Below are positions 42,356-56,800 of a DNA stretch of 64,000 nt, one piece after another (the stretch's first letter is position 1; each line of letters begins with the position of its first letter). Origin of the DNA: Adineta vaga (taxonomy: Eukaryota > Animalia > Rotifera); assembly GCA_021613535.1 (NCBI GenBank), contig CP075495.1, forward strand, positions 13,826,001 through 13,890,000, read 5' to 3'. The position numbers and the translations under genes were made by a program. The notes under the pieces are model-generated. The model was not told the DNA's origin. It saw only the letters and a list, made by a program, of their open reading frames with translations, and did not search any database.

Positions 42356-44820
42356 ATAATCAATAATGGTAACTTGTCATTATGAAAAGTGGTAGAATAA
42401 TATTATATATGTTTACAAAATTTTTACTATCGATATAATTTCAATAATGACAATATGATGAGCGGACATGAACATATGTTATGAGTTTTGTTCCTCTTAA
42501 TGATTGAATAGAAATATGATTATTTATCGGAAAATATTCGGTTCTGAATTATACAATAAACAGATTATCTGTATCTGTTCTTAATATACCTTTGACTTTT
42601 TGTTTGTTTTGACCTTTGCTTTGTAAAACATATTGAGTATAACTGAAGGCTATGAGTAGTACCTTATGTAGATTTTAGCTTTTGTTTTTGTATTAAATTT
42701 TGATGTACGTAGATAGGAAGACTAAAGTAGGTAGAAACTGGAAAATAAACAGTATGATTAATGGATTTCGAATCTATATTTATGAAAAATATACAAAAAA
42801 GATTGGTATTTCATTATATACCATCAATAATATGATCGCGATTATAGTTATATATATTTATTATAACATATATGAAAGAAAGATTTGTTTTACATTCTGA
42901 TGAATGGAAAAGACGCAGTGGTTTTGATCGTAGTAATTCTTGGAATTCTGTGAATAAGAGACGGAGAATAATATTACCATCATGTTCTTGTATCACATGT
43001 TGATATGATTATAAATCTATTCAGAAAGCATTATTTGTTGTCTTTTCGACTAGACAATCTAAACCTATTTTAATCAAAAGTTCACCTTTTCAGATATATC
43101 ATCTGTTTATGTCAATCAATCAATGGCCTTTTGTCATTTCTCACCAAGATTTATTTTATGAAGGATGATATTTTCAACAACCTTGAACTAAAAAGACATA
43201 ACATCTAAAGTTTTCGTTTTTCTTTCTCAACAATCTATTGACAGGTGGCGATTTTTTTACTGATAAATTTTCAGTTATATTTTTAAATCATTTGAAACTT
43301 TCTCACATTTCTTCAATGTAATTTTATATTGTTGATTATGATTCGATTAATCGAAAAAAAGTCATCTATCATATCTGAAATATTTTCTATTGTATTCTCT
43401 ACAATTTCAATACAAGAAAAATCTTACTGTATGTAAGAAGAAGAAGAAAAAAAGCGAAAAAGAATAGTTTGATTATCGCGATGACGATAATCCTTTTAAA
43501 AAATTTACTAAGTCACTAGTAATCCACTCCTAATATGTATGACATTTCATTCGTGTGTTTTTTCTTTTTTGTTTAATGATTTAAATTCTAAAGCACAAGT
43601 TACCAATCATCATAGAAGTTCAACTGAAGATCAAAACACATCAATTTCTTATCGAATATTCTATTGAACAAACAGAAGGTCTTTTTTTTAATCGTATAAT
43701 TCGATTTCTTACTTCTTTAAATGTCAATAAATAAAATCTATGCAACGAAGAAGTTTAATAATTGACACTATTGTCACATCAAATATATCCATATGTGTAC
43801 ACTTGTACTGTTCAATTACTGATCGATTGCGAAACACATCTTGAAGAAAGAGTAGAGATTGGTCTTACGCGTAACACAGTGCAACTTTCAAGGTCAAAAC
43901 ATATATATATATATATATATATACATACAACCGCATAATTTTATTTATTGCAATCTTTGGTAAAGAACGGAAAGGTAATAAGAGAAAGAGAGAGAGAGAA
44001 AAGAGGAAAGAATCGGAGACTTCCCGAGTTGATCCTTCGTGTTCTTTTTAACGGGCTTCAACATCATTGTATGAGTGTGCCACCATCACCTCAATAAACT
44101 TTTTTTTTCTTCATAATGTAACATACAAAGTTGAAGAAAGAAGAAAAAAAAAGAACAGAATAAAGGAAAGAAAAAGTAAAGAGAAAAGAATCTCGACAGG
44201 AGTTTTGAAACAGAACGTATATTCTTGCGCATGTGCCTTTAAAAAAACGACAATGACATGACCCTGAAAGATGGGTCGGTCCCGTTGTTGCACAATGATT
44301 ACGAAACTAGCCGATGTTAGTCAATGAGTAAGAGTTACTGTGATCAGATTTTTTTTCTTCTTCTGATATGTTTTTTCGTCACAAAATTCTACAGATATTT
44401 GGCATTGACACGGTAAACATGTTACTTATTTTAATAAAGAAAAAAAAAGACTCCCAGTGTGCCACCTACTCGTGATTCATAGATAGATATAAATGATTGA
44501 TTAAAAAATATTTTTTTACATTTTCGACGAATCAATCAGAAAGGTTAGTTTCTTTTTCTTTACTGAAAATGTGATATGAAATAATTGTCATAACATATAA
44601 ATAATAATAACAACAACATCAATATTATTTTTATTTTCTCGAGTATACGTATGTTTTAATGTTTAAGAAATCAATTGACAGTAAGTATTAATCAATAGGG
44701 AACAGAGAAAACATAACAAAAATCTGAATGAACGAAATATTCTTTTAAATTAAAATTTCTTTTTCTTACTTATCTAGATTTATTTAAATATAAAAGCATA
44801 GAGATACATAGAAAACTTAA

Positions 44821-46366
44821 ATGGTAACAGCAAATTTAAATTATGAACGACGACCGTCATCTGATATAGATGGCGAAGATGACGAGAACAATAGTCGACA
44901 TATTCAAAAACGTCTTGTAAGTTATTTTTTAACATATCTATTCTATTTTATTTTATTTTATTTATAAATAGGATCATTTATATTTGGATAATTCTCAATT
45001 CAATCGTGGTCAATATCAACATTCACAGCGTACACTTTCACCGACTCATGCACATGAATTTTATATGTCGTCAAATACAGTTCCTGTTTATCGTCATGGA
45101 CGTAAGTTTTATGTTCCAATAGAAGAATTCGAACGTATGCGAGCAGAACAACGACGACAACGTCGAACATTAATGCAAAAATCTCAAAATTTACCTGTAT
45201 CAAAATCTCATCAATCGAGCCTACGACCATCAGCAATATCCTCGTACAATTCGATTTATCGAAGTACTTCTCATCCACACGATTATCGATATGGATTACT
45301 GCGAGCACCACATTTACCTACGAATTCAACGATGAATCAAACACGAATTGATTCAGCAAGACAATCTCGTTTAACATCACGATATTGTGATGATCGAGAT
45401 GATTCACCATCTTTTACATCTGCATTACCCATGAGATTACCAACGTCTGCACTTCGATCAAATTCATCGGATAAAGTATTGCATAGTCGTAGAACTCCAC
45501 CACCATCGATTTGTTCTTATAATGATTATATTCCAGATGACTATGATCTTAAACGGTCATTTTCAGCTGAAATTGTTCATCCACCTGATTCCCAACGACA
45601 ACAACCATTAGTACTACCTCGTCGAATAATTCCTACTCCAACTGTTGATTATGGTATATCAGCTGGTTCATCCTATTCACCTACATCTACTGAACAAACA
45701 TATAATCAATCGAATGCCGCAAAATTAACAAATTACTACAATCGATTGCAACCATCAACATTAAATTCTACTATTCAACCAGCTCCTTCGGCTTTGTCTG
45801 GAACGGGTCTTATTTATGAAGCAAATACTCCGGATTCTGATCAAGTTTATTCCGGTTCTTTCAATCGACACATAGGAAGTGGTTTAAATTCAACACTAAC
45901 ACGATCATCATCAACAAATAGTCGTAATGATTATTATTATCCTCATTATCGAGATGCAACGAGTGGCTCATTTTCTGATGATAATTCTTCATCACCATCA
46001 ATGTTTATACAACGTCGAAATACAAATACAGATCGTTATCGACGATCTCAACAAAATGCCGAAATAGCTAATGATTATAGACAACGACCAGAAATGAATA
46101 CTCGTCCAACTGCAAGAAGTCATTCAAGTGATGGTTTGACAGAAAAGAAACGTGTTCGTTTTGCTGACATGGAAGGTTATACGTTAGAAACAGTTCCTGA
46201 TGTTGAACAAGATCGTTCTCCAATGACGAATCATTCTTTAAACAGACGAACCTATGCTTCTACACCAAATCATTTCCGAGAACAAGTACAACCTTTTCAT
46301 AATACATTCTATCAAGCAACTGCTAGAGCTACTAATAATGAAAGCAAACTTGCAACCGACGTTTAA
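44821..46366 (+). CDS. Largely disordered S/R/P-rich protein with a PP1-docking motif, 2 coding exons
   Basis: Exon 44821-44916 splices in phase to 44972; KKRVRFADMEGYTLETV near the C-terminus. Confidence 0.8.
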
Positions 46367-46632
46367 TGTGTTTTTCTTTTGTTCTTCTTCTATTTCTTCT
46401 CTATGTACGTGTGTGTATGTTTCTTTTTTTGTGTGATCGAATATTTTTAAATAATGAGAATGATGAAATGTCTTTTTAGTCTAGGATATAGTACATTTAT
46501 TGGAAGAAAAAAAATGAAGATGCAATAATTTAAATTACAAAATCATCAGACTAATCTGTCAAGTTTCTTTTTGTTCATGTATCTCGAAACAAAACAGGAG
46601 AGAAAAGAAACATATTATAGGGTAATTTCCTG

Positions 46633-47499
46633 TTAAAATTGCGATGAAAGATTCTCGTCATATGTTGAACTATCAATGTGACGATTCTTTTGATTACGAC
46701 TAACTTGATCGGTTACTTTTTGACGTGTACCAGCTGGTTGTGCACGATAAGGTTTTGTAGATGGTCGATAGGCCATTTCGAGAGTTTCTGTTTCCTTATG
46801 AACGACAGTTGTTACTTTCTCATGAACTGGATGTTTCGAAACAGGTTTTGTTACTGTATATGGTGCTGTTGATCTATGAACATCTGGGGTGTCATAACGA
46901 CTGTCCGATGTTTGATGAAGATATCTCTTTGTTGTATCTTCAATTGTAATTGTACCAGTTTCTATGAAGATAAACTCATTCAAATAAATAGATTAAACGA
47001 GATAACGTACCTTGTTTATTTTTTCTAGGTCTTTCTGGAGTACCTACGGTACCAATTGATAAATTACTAGGAGAACTGCTAGCTTTTGATGTATCACTAA
47101 TAGAATCAGTCGAAGAACTTTTGGAACGTCGAACACAATACATTATCAATAAACCCTAAACAATATAGCAAAACGATTTCAATAAATACAATATAAAAAA
47201 TTCTTACAGTCAGCATAAGAAATGAAATACCAGCCAAAATAATACTTGTTAGAAAGATAGCTGTATAAGCTTCTCGAGAAATACATGAATCAGGTCCAAA
47301 TAATGGAAATTGATTAGGTTCTATACAACTCGATAGAAATTTTCATAGAAAAAGAAAAAAATGCATCCTTACTTGGACATTCTGAACTATTTGAATCCGC
47401 TCGTACTTCATCATTCATTTCAATTTGTGCAAAAATTAAATGTAAAAATGAAGTTCCTATCAGAAGAATGGTGAGAAGCTTTTTACAAAGAATTATCAT
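46633..47499 (-). CDS. Orphan type-I single-pass membrane protein, 4 exons
   Basis: Signal peptide MIILCKKLLTILLIGTSFLHLIFA, short ectodomain with 2 Cys, TM segment AYTAIFLTSIILAGISFLMLT|GLLIMYC followed by VRRSK, S/T-rich tail. Confidence 0.7.
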
Positions 47500-48623
47500 A
47501 TTGGAACAAGAGATAAGGTGAACTTATAAAGGAATTCAGTCTTTTAAGTAGATATGAGTAAGTCGTTATGTATTTATTCGTTCGTTACTTTTTTTTTCTT
47601 TGAAAAAAAAGTGTCTTTCAATCTTTATCTTTAATCGATAAACACCATGCTTCCTCACCTACACTAAACATCTCTATATAAAAACGATATAAAACTGATA
47701 TTGTAAGTCAAACGACAATGAAGAACATGTCTTTTTCTCTTTCATTTATATTTATTCTATTAAATCTTCCATCGAAATGAAAATCATACATGAATATATA
47801 AATGGTAACATTGATAATAAATTGATGTTATTAATAAAATAAGATTCTATTGTAACATTTTTCGAAGGACATCAGTCTGTTAGATGAAATGATATACTGA
47901 TTTTTCTCTTTTTCAAGATCAAATATTTTCAAAATATTCTCAAGTGTTTTATATATTTATCTGTCAATAAATAACTATGATCATTTATGAGCAAAGCTAT
48001 TCATTGAATTTAAAAATATCTTTCCAAAATCATTTCTTAGTCACATGTTTGTCAATGTATTATGGATAAATAGTTATACAAATAGTCTTTTATGTGATAA
48101 TGTTAAGGAAAATGAATACAACGAATTTGATGTAACATTCTTGATTGCAACAATATTGTAATAGAAAAAAAGCCAAGGGCATTACAATAATGATGATTAA
48201 AGCATACAGAAGAAATGTTTCTTTTTCTGTATCATTACACAATATATCTATCACTATTTCTTTCTATTTACAATCGTAACATTCCTTATTAACATATCAA
48301 CACTATTCACTAATTATTGTAGTAGAATATAATTAAACATGAGAAACTAATATATACATATATATATATATATGTCGTAAAATGTTGATTTAACTCTTCA
48401 ACAATTATCTTCTCAAACCGATGGATTATTATGAATAATCTTTCGTTTTTATTTCTATCAAACAAAATATTGTTTGATTACTTCATCATTCTCTTTTTCT
48501 TTACTTTTGCACATTTTTCTTTTTCTTGTTGTGCTTCATTGCACATTCTTCATCACTAACCCCGACATTCAAGTATAAACATATGATGACTCGATTTCAT
48601 CAATTGATCATTTTCTTTTAATC

Positions 48624-50523
48624 ATGTCGCATCGTCGAAGTCATAGTGATTCAAAATCTACACATAATCTTACTGAGATACTTCCTTCATCAAATAAAAT
48701 GCCAAGAATCATCAATGAACAAACATCCAGAATAAATACTGATGGAAATCAGCGATATCAACAAGATACTCCGCCAATTCCATCGGATGGTCATATGTTT
48801 TATTGTCTTTATAATACAATACAAAATTTAATTCATATTCATATGATTTATATTCTTTTGTATCATGCTGTTTTTTGGTTAAGTCCAAATCAAACATCTG
48901 GAAATACAGGACCTTATACAATAAATCTTGAAAAAACTGAATATGAACAAACATACTTTGTTGCACTGATCAGTGATTATAATTCTGTTGTTGGACCACC
49001 TATTAATGCAGATTTAATAAATAAATATATTTATTGTACATTAGTTGGTGTTTGTTTATTTGAATTAATCATAGCTTATCTATGGACAGCACGAACAACA
49101 TTATTCATTAGTACATTTCGATATCCTAAATGTCGAAATGTATTCAGTGTAGTATTAGTATTAAGTATTTTATTCTTTTATTTTCTTATGTTATTTTGGT
49201 TATATATTCATACATTTCTCACACGCCATTTAACAACGACAATAGGTTCACTTGTTTTTATTCATGTCATTGTCTTAACTATATTGGATAAACCATATCT
49301 ATTTCGTAGTTCATCGACAGATTTATTTTCAATAATGAATAGTACACGAAAGCAACAGCGTCCTTTTGTTTGTTCGCCGTCGACAACAACATTATCATCG
49401 ACAATAAATTCGATTAATCGTTCTCCATTTCGACCATCTTTACAAGTACAATCTCGAAAAATGAATTCATTTATTTCATCATTTATATTTTCATCTCGAT
49501 GGTCGTCGGTTACTGAACAAAATATTTATATTCATCAATGCTCATCTAACTATGCAGAATCAAGAAAAGAAGCAGATGAAATTTGGTCTACTGTTGTTCG
49601 ACGATTGATTCTAGTTTGCTATCGAACAGTATCATCCTTCATTCTTTTTAATATTATTCCATTTGTAATGATAGGTAAGAAATAGTAAATTGAGAATTTG
49701 CTTAACCAGAAACAAATAGGATGGATCTAAATGAACGTAGACATTGAGGAAAGAAAAAAATATATCATAGTTATCGATCTACTTCTTGAAACTGGAAAAG
49801 AATTCTTTCTGAGTACAAATATATTTTTTGTTATTCACAACACACTAGTGATTTATTACCAGTTCAATCAATCTTTACTTCAATACCTTAGTGATATTCA
49901 CATTTATTCAAATCCCATAGAGAAATAATACATAGTAGATTTGTTTAGATGCTGATGTACGTCCAGTTAATCTTCAACAATATCATATATTAATAATGAT
50001 ATTTATATTAACAACATTTCTAACTCATACTGTATTTCTTTTTCCAATGGAACTTCAATTTAATCTTCGCCATTTAGCAACTCATCTTGGTCATTGGCGT
50101 TTACAATCATCTCTTCGAACAGATTCCATCAACGAATGGTCATCGGAATGTAATTCATATATTCGTGGTAGTCAAATAAAATGTTCGTCAAATCATAAAG
50201 AAAAATATTTCATTGGTGAACAACTTTTAAGTAATGCTGCACATCCACAATCAATTTCACATTCAATTTTCTATCGATTATTTTCTAATCGAATGAATTT
50301 TCTTTCCAAACAGTTTCTTCTCTGTATAATTCTTATTCTTTGTCAATTACTTTGGATTATTCAAGGCAAATTTTGGTATGAAATTATCATTAGTATATCA
50401 ATTATTTTCAGTACATCATATATAATATTTCAAATAGTACGTGATCGTCTTATCTTCGAAATGATGGATGACAATGAATATAATGAAATTATTTTAAAAT
50501 CAAAAGAAAAAAAATCGAATTAA
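48624..50523 (+). CDS. TMEM39A: Transmembrane protein 39, 2 coding exons
   Basis: HQCSSNYAESRKEADEI; ATHLGHW..EWSSECNSYIRG..NAAHPQSISHSIFYRLF; multiple TM segments. Confidence 0.82.
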
Positions 50524-50566
50524 ACAAATAAAATACATCTGACATAGAGAATAGAGAATATATTTA

Positions 50567-53500
50567 TCACACATTCATCTGATATTGTGTTGTATATAAT
50601 GGAGATATACCTAAAATAAAAAGATACAATCATTTCAAATAGATACTCGAAATTGTTCACTTGATCAAATATATTTTCATACCTGAAAATGTGTAATCGG
50701 TTATTTCAGCCAATCTCGGACTGTATTCATTATTGAATGTTGTTGTTGTCGATTTCGAATGAAAACCAGAACTATTTATTGATGATTCATTCGATAGATT
50801 ATCCATTAATTTTTTAGTATTATTATTATTTGAATTATTTGTAAATAATGATGCTAATAAACGATCTAAATAGAAAGAATTTTGATTGAATATTAGACAT
50901 ATTCATTTTCAAACCTGTTGGTTCAAGTTTTGTTTGATCAATTTTTAATGATAATTCATCATTATCAGTCAATGATGGATTACATGTTCGAAAATCCGAT
51001 GTTTGTAAGCATCCAACATCTTTAATCAATTCATTGATTGAATAATGTGCATCATAAACAATCGGAAGTTTTTTCACTAAAACAAAGAAAAATAAACAAA
51101 AAATTCGTGTTTTTAATGCAAATTTTCGTCAATTTACTTGAATGTTTTTTTCTTTGCTTAGCTCGACAACTACAATAAACGATACCAATCGATAAAATAA
51201 CAATTAACAGAAATATACTACAGATAATTGGTATGAAAATAGGTGAAGAATCTTCGAAAGAATTAATTTGATAGAGACGACTTTGTTCAATACCAAATTC
51301 ATTTTCTGCAATACATGATAAACGATTAAGATTATTTACTGTTGAAAAGCTTCTTCGATGATTATAGAGTAATTTTGATGTACAACTGTAATCATCACAT
51401 GTTGTGGAGATTAGAGATTTATCTGTCGATTCGATTGAATCATCATTTAATCGCCAGCTGATTTTCTATACAAAGAAAACTAGAAGAATTATGAAAGTTT
51501 GTTTTGTTTTTTTTATTACTAAAATTGGACTGGAAGAATAAACTTGACATTCAAATTCACGTGTTTGTAGTGAACGATAATGTTTGGATTCTTGAATATA
51601 AATCAATGGTTTTCCTTTGAAATAAATAATAAAATCATCAGTAATTGTTTCGAATCCATCTGTTTCAATTCGATATGAATATAATCCTTGTTGTTCTCGT
51701 GTTGTTATATTTATCAAATTAAATGATGAACCTTCAGCAAGTTTTTCTCCATAACGATACCATGAAATTCTTGCACGAGGAAATGAATCAACGAGACAAC
51801 GAATTATAACAGGATCCGATAGTTTATTATTAGAATCAAGAATAACGAATTTCGGTGGTTGTACAATAAAAGTTGGTGCATCTAGAAATAGATTATAAAA
51901 TGATTTTTAAATAGAAAATGACAAAGAAAAATTTATTGTCATACATCGGATTAATAATCGAATACTCGTATTCGTTGTACCAATGGAATTTGTTGCTGTA
52001 CAACCAATAGTATGATTATGTACTTGTTTTGATAGTGGAATACTGATAATCGAACTGGTTAATGTTGTTAAATCCATTGAATTAGCAAACCAACTAGAAG
52101 AAATCGTTATGTTTTTGTTTTGAAAACAAATAACAATTTGTTTTTAAATACCTAAATTGTGGTTCAGGATTACCAGAAACGATACAACGAAATGTAGCAG
52201 TAGAATTAACAGTTAATGGATAACGATTTTGTGATTCAATACGAGCTTTTGGTTTATCTAAATATATAAGTATAGAATGGAAATGATCAAATACGTTCGT
52301 CAGAAAGAATTTAACTTACAATGAACTTGTATTCGTTCTGAAACATCTTTGGAAAAACTACTTCCATATTCATAGATTTGTTCACATCGTATTAATGCAT
52401 TATCCCAAGTACTATCAAGATCATTAATTGTATAAACTAATTTTGTTAGATTCTTCTTTGTTTTTATATCTAATTCATAGGTAACCTTTGTTGAAGGTTC
52501 TCGAGTAATTATTTGCTCATTTTTATATAAGAGTAATTTTGATGCTGGTTTAGATGGAGTTGATAAACAAGTTATATTCGTTGATTGACCTTGTTTTAAT
52601 GGCATATTCGGAAGTATTAATGTTGGTTGACCATTTGGTGGTGCTAACAGGAAAGAAAACAAGGTCAATGAAATTTAAAAAAAACTGTCTCAAGTATCTT
52701 TCATACTAATAATGGTTAAACGAACACGTTCAGAACGTGCTTCATGTGCATTCATTGTTCTCTGTACTTGACATTGAAATATTCCTTCGTCTTTATTTGA
52801 CACATGAACAATTGACAAATTATAATGATCTAAACAAAGAAAAAAGAGAAACGAATTGGTTCAATCATTTTGTTTTATTCAAGGAGAATTGATACTATAC
52901 GAGTAGTGATTATATCACTTATCTTTTTCTTTTCTTTTCGTTTAACTTGTTATATCCGGACAGTTTATATAGAGTTAGTCAATCAACTTTGAAACATACT
53001 CTTTTTGTTTTATTGCACATTACTGTATTCAATTTCCTGGTGAGAACAATAGACAGATAGACATGTAGAATGTCTAACCAGTTCGCCCGTCAATTTTTGT
53101 CAAAAACTTCCTGTCCATTTCTTCAATTGCTCTCCTGAGAAGACAACAATGGAAACGACAGGTCAACGAGATGAGACGAAAAGAAAACTTCTTCGATGCA
53201 ACAATTAGCAACTAGACAGAGAGAATAGCGACTATAATCAATAATAATGTGTACTTCCGGTAAAACGAAGAGAAAAAAGGACACTATTACTTTTTCATTA
53301 CACATACACACTAGGTGGTCGAAACTATTCATGCTGGTCAGATTTCAATAGACCATACCAGCAGTCCGATACAAAGAGAGAGAGAGAGAAAATAATTAGC
53401 ATAATGGAAATTTCCGCAATCGAAATTCAAAAAGGGTGAAACTTCAGATATTAATTATACGTACTGAGACGTTCATTGATCGATAATTGAAATCTTGGAT

Positions 53501-53872
53501 AAGCAGTATATTGATAGATACGTATGATACCATGAGACGTTGTTTCATGTCGTAATAATTGTGTTTTACCAAGTGTACAAAAATCATTCCAACACCATGT
53601 GACAATTGCATTTGATTGTTTCGAAACAATACAAGGAAATTGAATTGTTTCACCCGGATATGCATTGATATGATTGGGTCCAATAATAATTTTTTGATTC
53701 ATTCGTGAATCAATAGCTAATTTGAAAAGAAAAACAATCCTATCGTCGAAAAGATCAAAATTATAAGAAAATATTTACTAGATTCATCAGCGTTAACAAT
53801 TACAGTTTGCGATGAGAAAATGACATATGTGATGATGAGTAGCGGCAGTTGTAGACGATAAGTGGCAGTCAT
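50567..53872 (-). CDS. Kirrel/Neph/IrreC-like Ig-superfamily adhesion protein (signal peptide, 5 Ig domains, TM, PDZ-type C-terminus QMNV)
   Basis: Signal peptide from MTATYRLQLPLL; Ig motifs FPCIV..W..DEGIFQCQV, ITCLSTPSKPASKL, FRCIVSGNPEP, IRCLVDSFPRARISW, FECQV; TM segment IFIPIICSIFLLIVILSIGIVYCSC. Confidence 0.8.
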
Positions 53873-56800
53873 GTTCAATAAACTAAAAGAAGAATAAGAA
53901 TGGTAAACGAATGGCGATCGAAAGGCGTCCACCGATTAACATCTGTGTGTGTGTGTGCGCAGTGATTCTATCATATGCATACACGCACGCGCTCAATATA
54001 CAATTGCACTCATAGCGCAGATTTGTGCATATGCGTGTATCTCATATCATGTCCTTCCAAAATATGTGCATACATATACAAGAATAAAAAAATGGAGAAG
54101 AAACTGATAATAGCACAAAAAAGAAACGAAAGACAGGACAAAAAACCTTGTCCGACACGTTGAGAAAAATAACTTTGATATACTTAACTACCTTGACTGC
54201 TCAATAATGATCACATAAAAAGAAAAGGGAGAAGAAAATGTGAGAATGATATCATTTGATTTGTATTGATAGAAGTACACTTTTAGTCTATGTTCATAAT
54301 CAGAAAAAATCAAATGACAAAATCACCAATCAATACTGATGATGACAACTGCAAATGAACAATAAATGATATCGTGTAAATTGGTTTCTATTCTCTCTCA
54401 CTTTCTTTCTTGTTCACTCAGTACGGTGATAAGAGCTTAAACAAGACAGCATACACGTGTGCCGCTATAACTGCCTCTGGTGATAACTCTTCATACTAAT
54501 ATACATATATAAAATAAAGAGAAGAGAAAGAAGAAAAGACATCTGTGTATATGTGTGACTTCGAAATGGAATGATTCTGTAACTATTGCACGACATGTGA
54601 TCAAAAAGTAAGAGATAATCATTGAGTTTTTCTTATCAGTGCCATATTGGTCAATATTCGTTAATCAACCAAGCAGGAGATAACTCTTATTTATTCTTAT
54701 ACAAATTGAACACAATCCTAGCACTTACTTCTTTCGTTAGGAAGAATATTGCATATATATATATATATATACGCACGCACAAACTACAAGCAGCTTATCT
54801 AAAAAAGAATAAGATAGCAATTGAGATAGAGATCAGCAAGTTAATCTTTCCTTCTTTACACTTCTGTTGAATAATTACCTCAATAAGTGCTAGTCTCCTT
54901 CGTTTGTTTCCTAGTAGGATGGACTCGTGATAGTGTTTATATTGGGACAGAACTCAACTGTTACTATTATAAACATCGACAACTAAGAAAGATAGATAGA
55001 TAGACAGATAAATAGACCGGGAAAGAGACACGAAGAGAAAGTTAGATTGTACATGCACAGTGCGAGAAGAGTCTGTGAACTGCCCATCGAATCATGTCAT
55101 TTGTTATGTGTTCGTGCAAAGAAAGCGCAAAAGAGAAAGCGAAGAAGAAGAAGAGAGAAGTGACAGAGAAAGGGAGAAGAGAAGAGACGAGAAGAAAAGA
55201 GAATATAACAGTCGATGTATGAGGTGGTACTAATTCTAAAAAAGAAAAGTCATCCGTCACACCTTGTCGCTGAACAGATGTGCTTATAAAAAAAAAAGAA
55301 ATGAGAAGAAATCAAAGTCTTTTGAAAAAAAAGAAAAGTGTTATTGAAGCAATAGTCATTTTCACGCTCGTTTATCTTTTTTTCTTTTTCAATCGCGATT
55401 AATTCACACTCATTTTTATTCGATCCTATTTGCTATTTCAATTGCTTAAATATCTCTCGATGTTTGTATTATTGACAACAATTGTACAGTCATCTGTTGA
55501 TCAATGATAAACAGTTAACTGTCAATCTACAATCAAATAGAAACTGATAATCACTTTTGTCCTTCCTTATATATATCTTTCCATATTGATTCTCTGTACA
55601 AGCTGATGCTTCCTTCTTCTTCTTCTTCATCTAAACTAAACAAGCTGTTGACTAAATCGATTTGAACAAACAAATACGAATTAGAATAATTTATGTCAAG
55701 GTTTGATAAAAAAAGTCCATTGTCGATAGTTTAGAAATTACTTATCGTTATGATATCTATCAAGGTAAAGAAAACGACTGATGTTTATATAATATGTGTA
55801 TCAATAAAACCATATGGAAACAAGTTCATGATCGATTAATAATCGAAAAAGAACGTTTTCTTTTTGATAATGATCAAATCGATTTACGAAAAGAGAATAA
55901 AAAAAATATGTATATGAATCTCATTTTTGCTCGTCGAAGCAAATCATCGTCTCACTCAAGTGTCTCTGTCTATCATATATCACCATGAGAAATAATGATA
56001 CTATCAACAATAAACTCATATAGATAGACTTCTCTATAGACATATGATAACTATTCTACTTAGTTATGAATGTATTTCATCGATGAGAGAAAAAGAAAGA
56101 TTTGATTTCCAAATATGTTACTGCTAGAGAGAGAGAAAAAAGAAGAGAAGAAATAGAAAAATGAACATAAGCGAACTTTCCTTCTTTCTTTTTTTATATT
56201 CAACATTTGTCTTGTTAAAAATACATTGAAAGAAAGTGAGAGAAAGGTATACTCATTAAAACAAGTCAGTGAACGTGAGTGAGAAAGTTCATCTGTATGA
56301 ACAATAGTTGTTCGTGCGTGCATACCATATTTTAGGCAACTTCTGGTGCCACATTGATTAATCTTTCGTTTATGGTCGAATGCTCATTTCAACATACAAA
56401 TAGAATGAATGAGACTCTTGAGGATACGAACACCAACAAAATGACCATGATCTAACAACTACTCATTATTCGAGTAATCATCTACTGACCTTGTTAAACA
56501 GTTTTTCTCTCTTGTTCTAAATTAACATCGACTATCTACACACATGTTCAGATAACAATTAGACATTGACTTCAATTGATATACTTGTACTTTGTATAAA
56601 ACTACAAATAAGATGTGTTCAATCGATTTCTTCCGCTTTGGTCATTATTATTCTACAACTGACGACATCAATTGTTATCGTTATCATTCTTTCAAATGAA
56701 TTACTTGGTTATTTTAATGACAATAAGACAAAAGAAGAAGGCGGTAGTATAACGTCATCATAGTCTGTCTGCTGGTCATTCTTCCTCACTAAGAAAGCAT

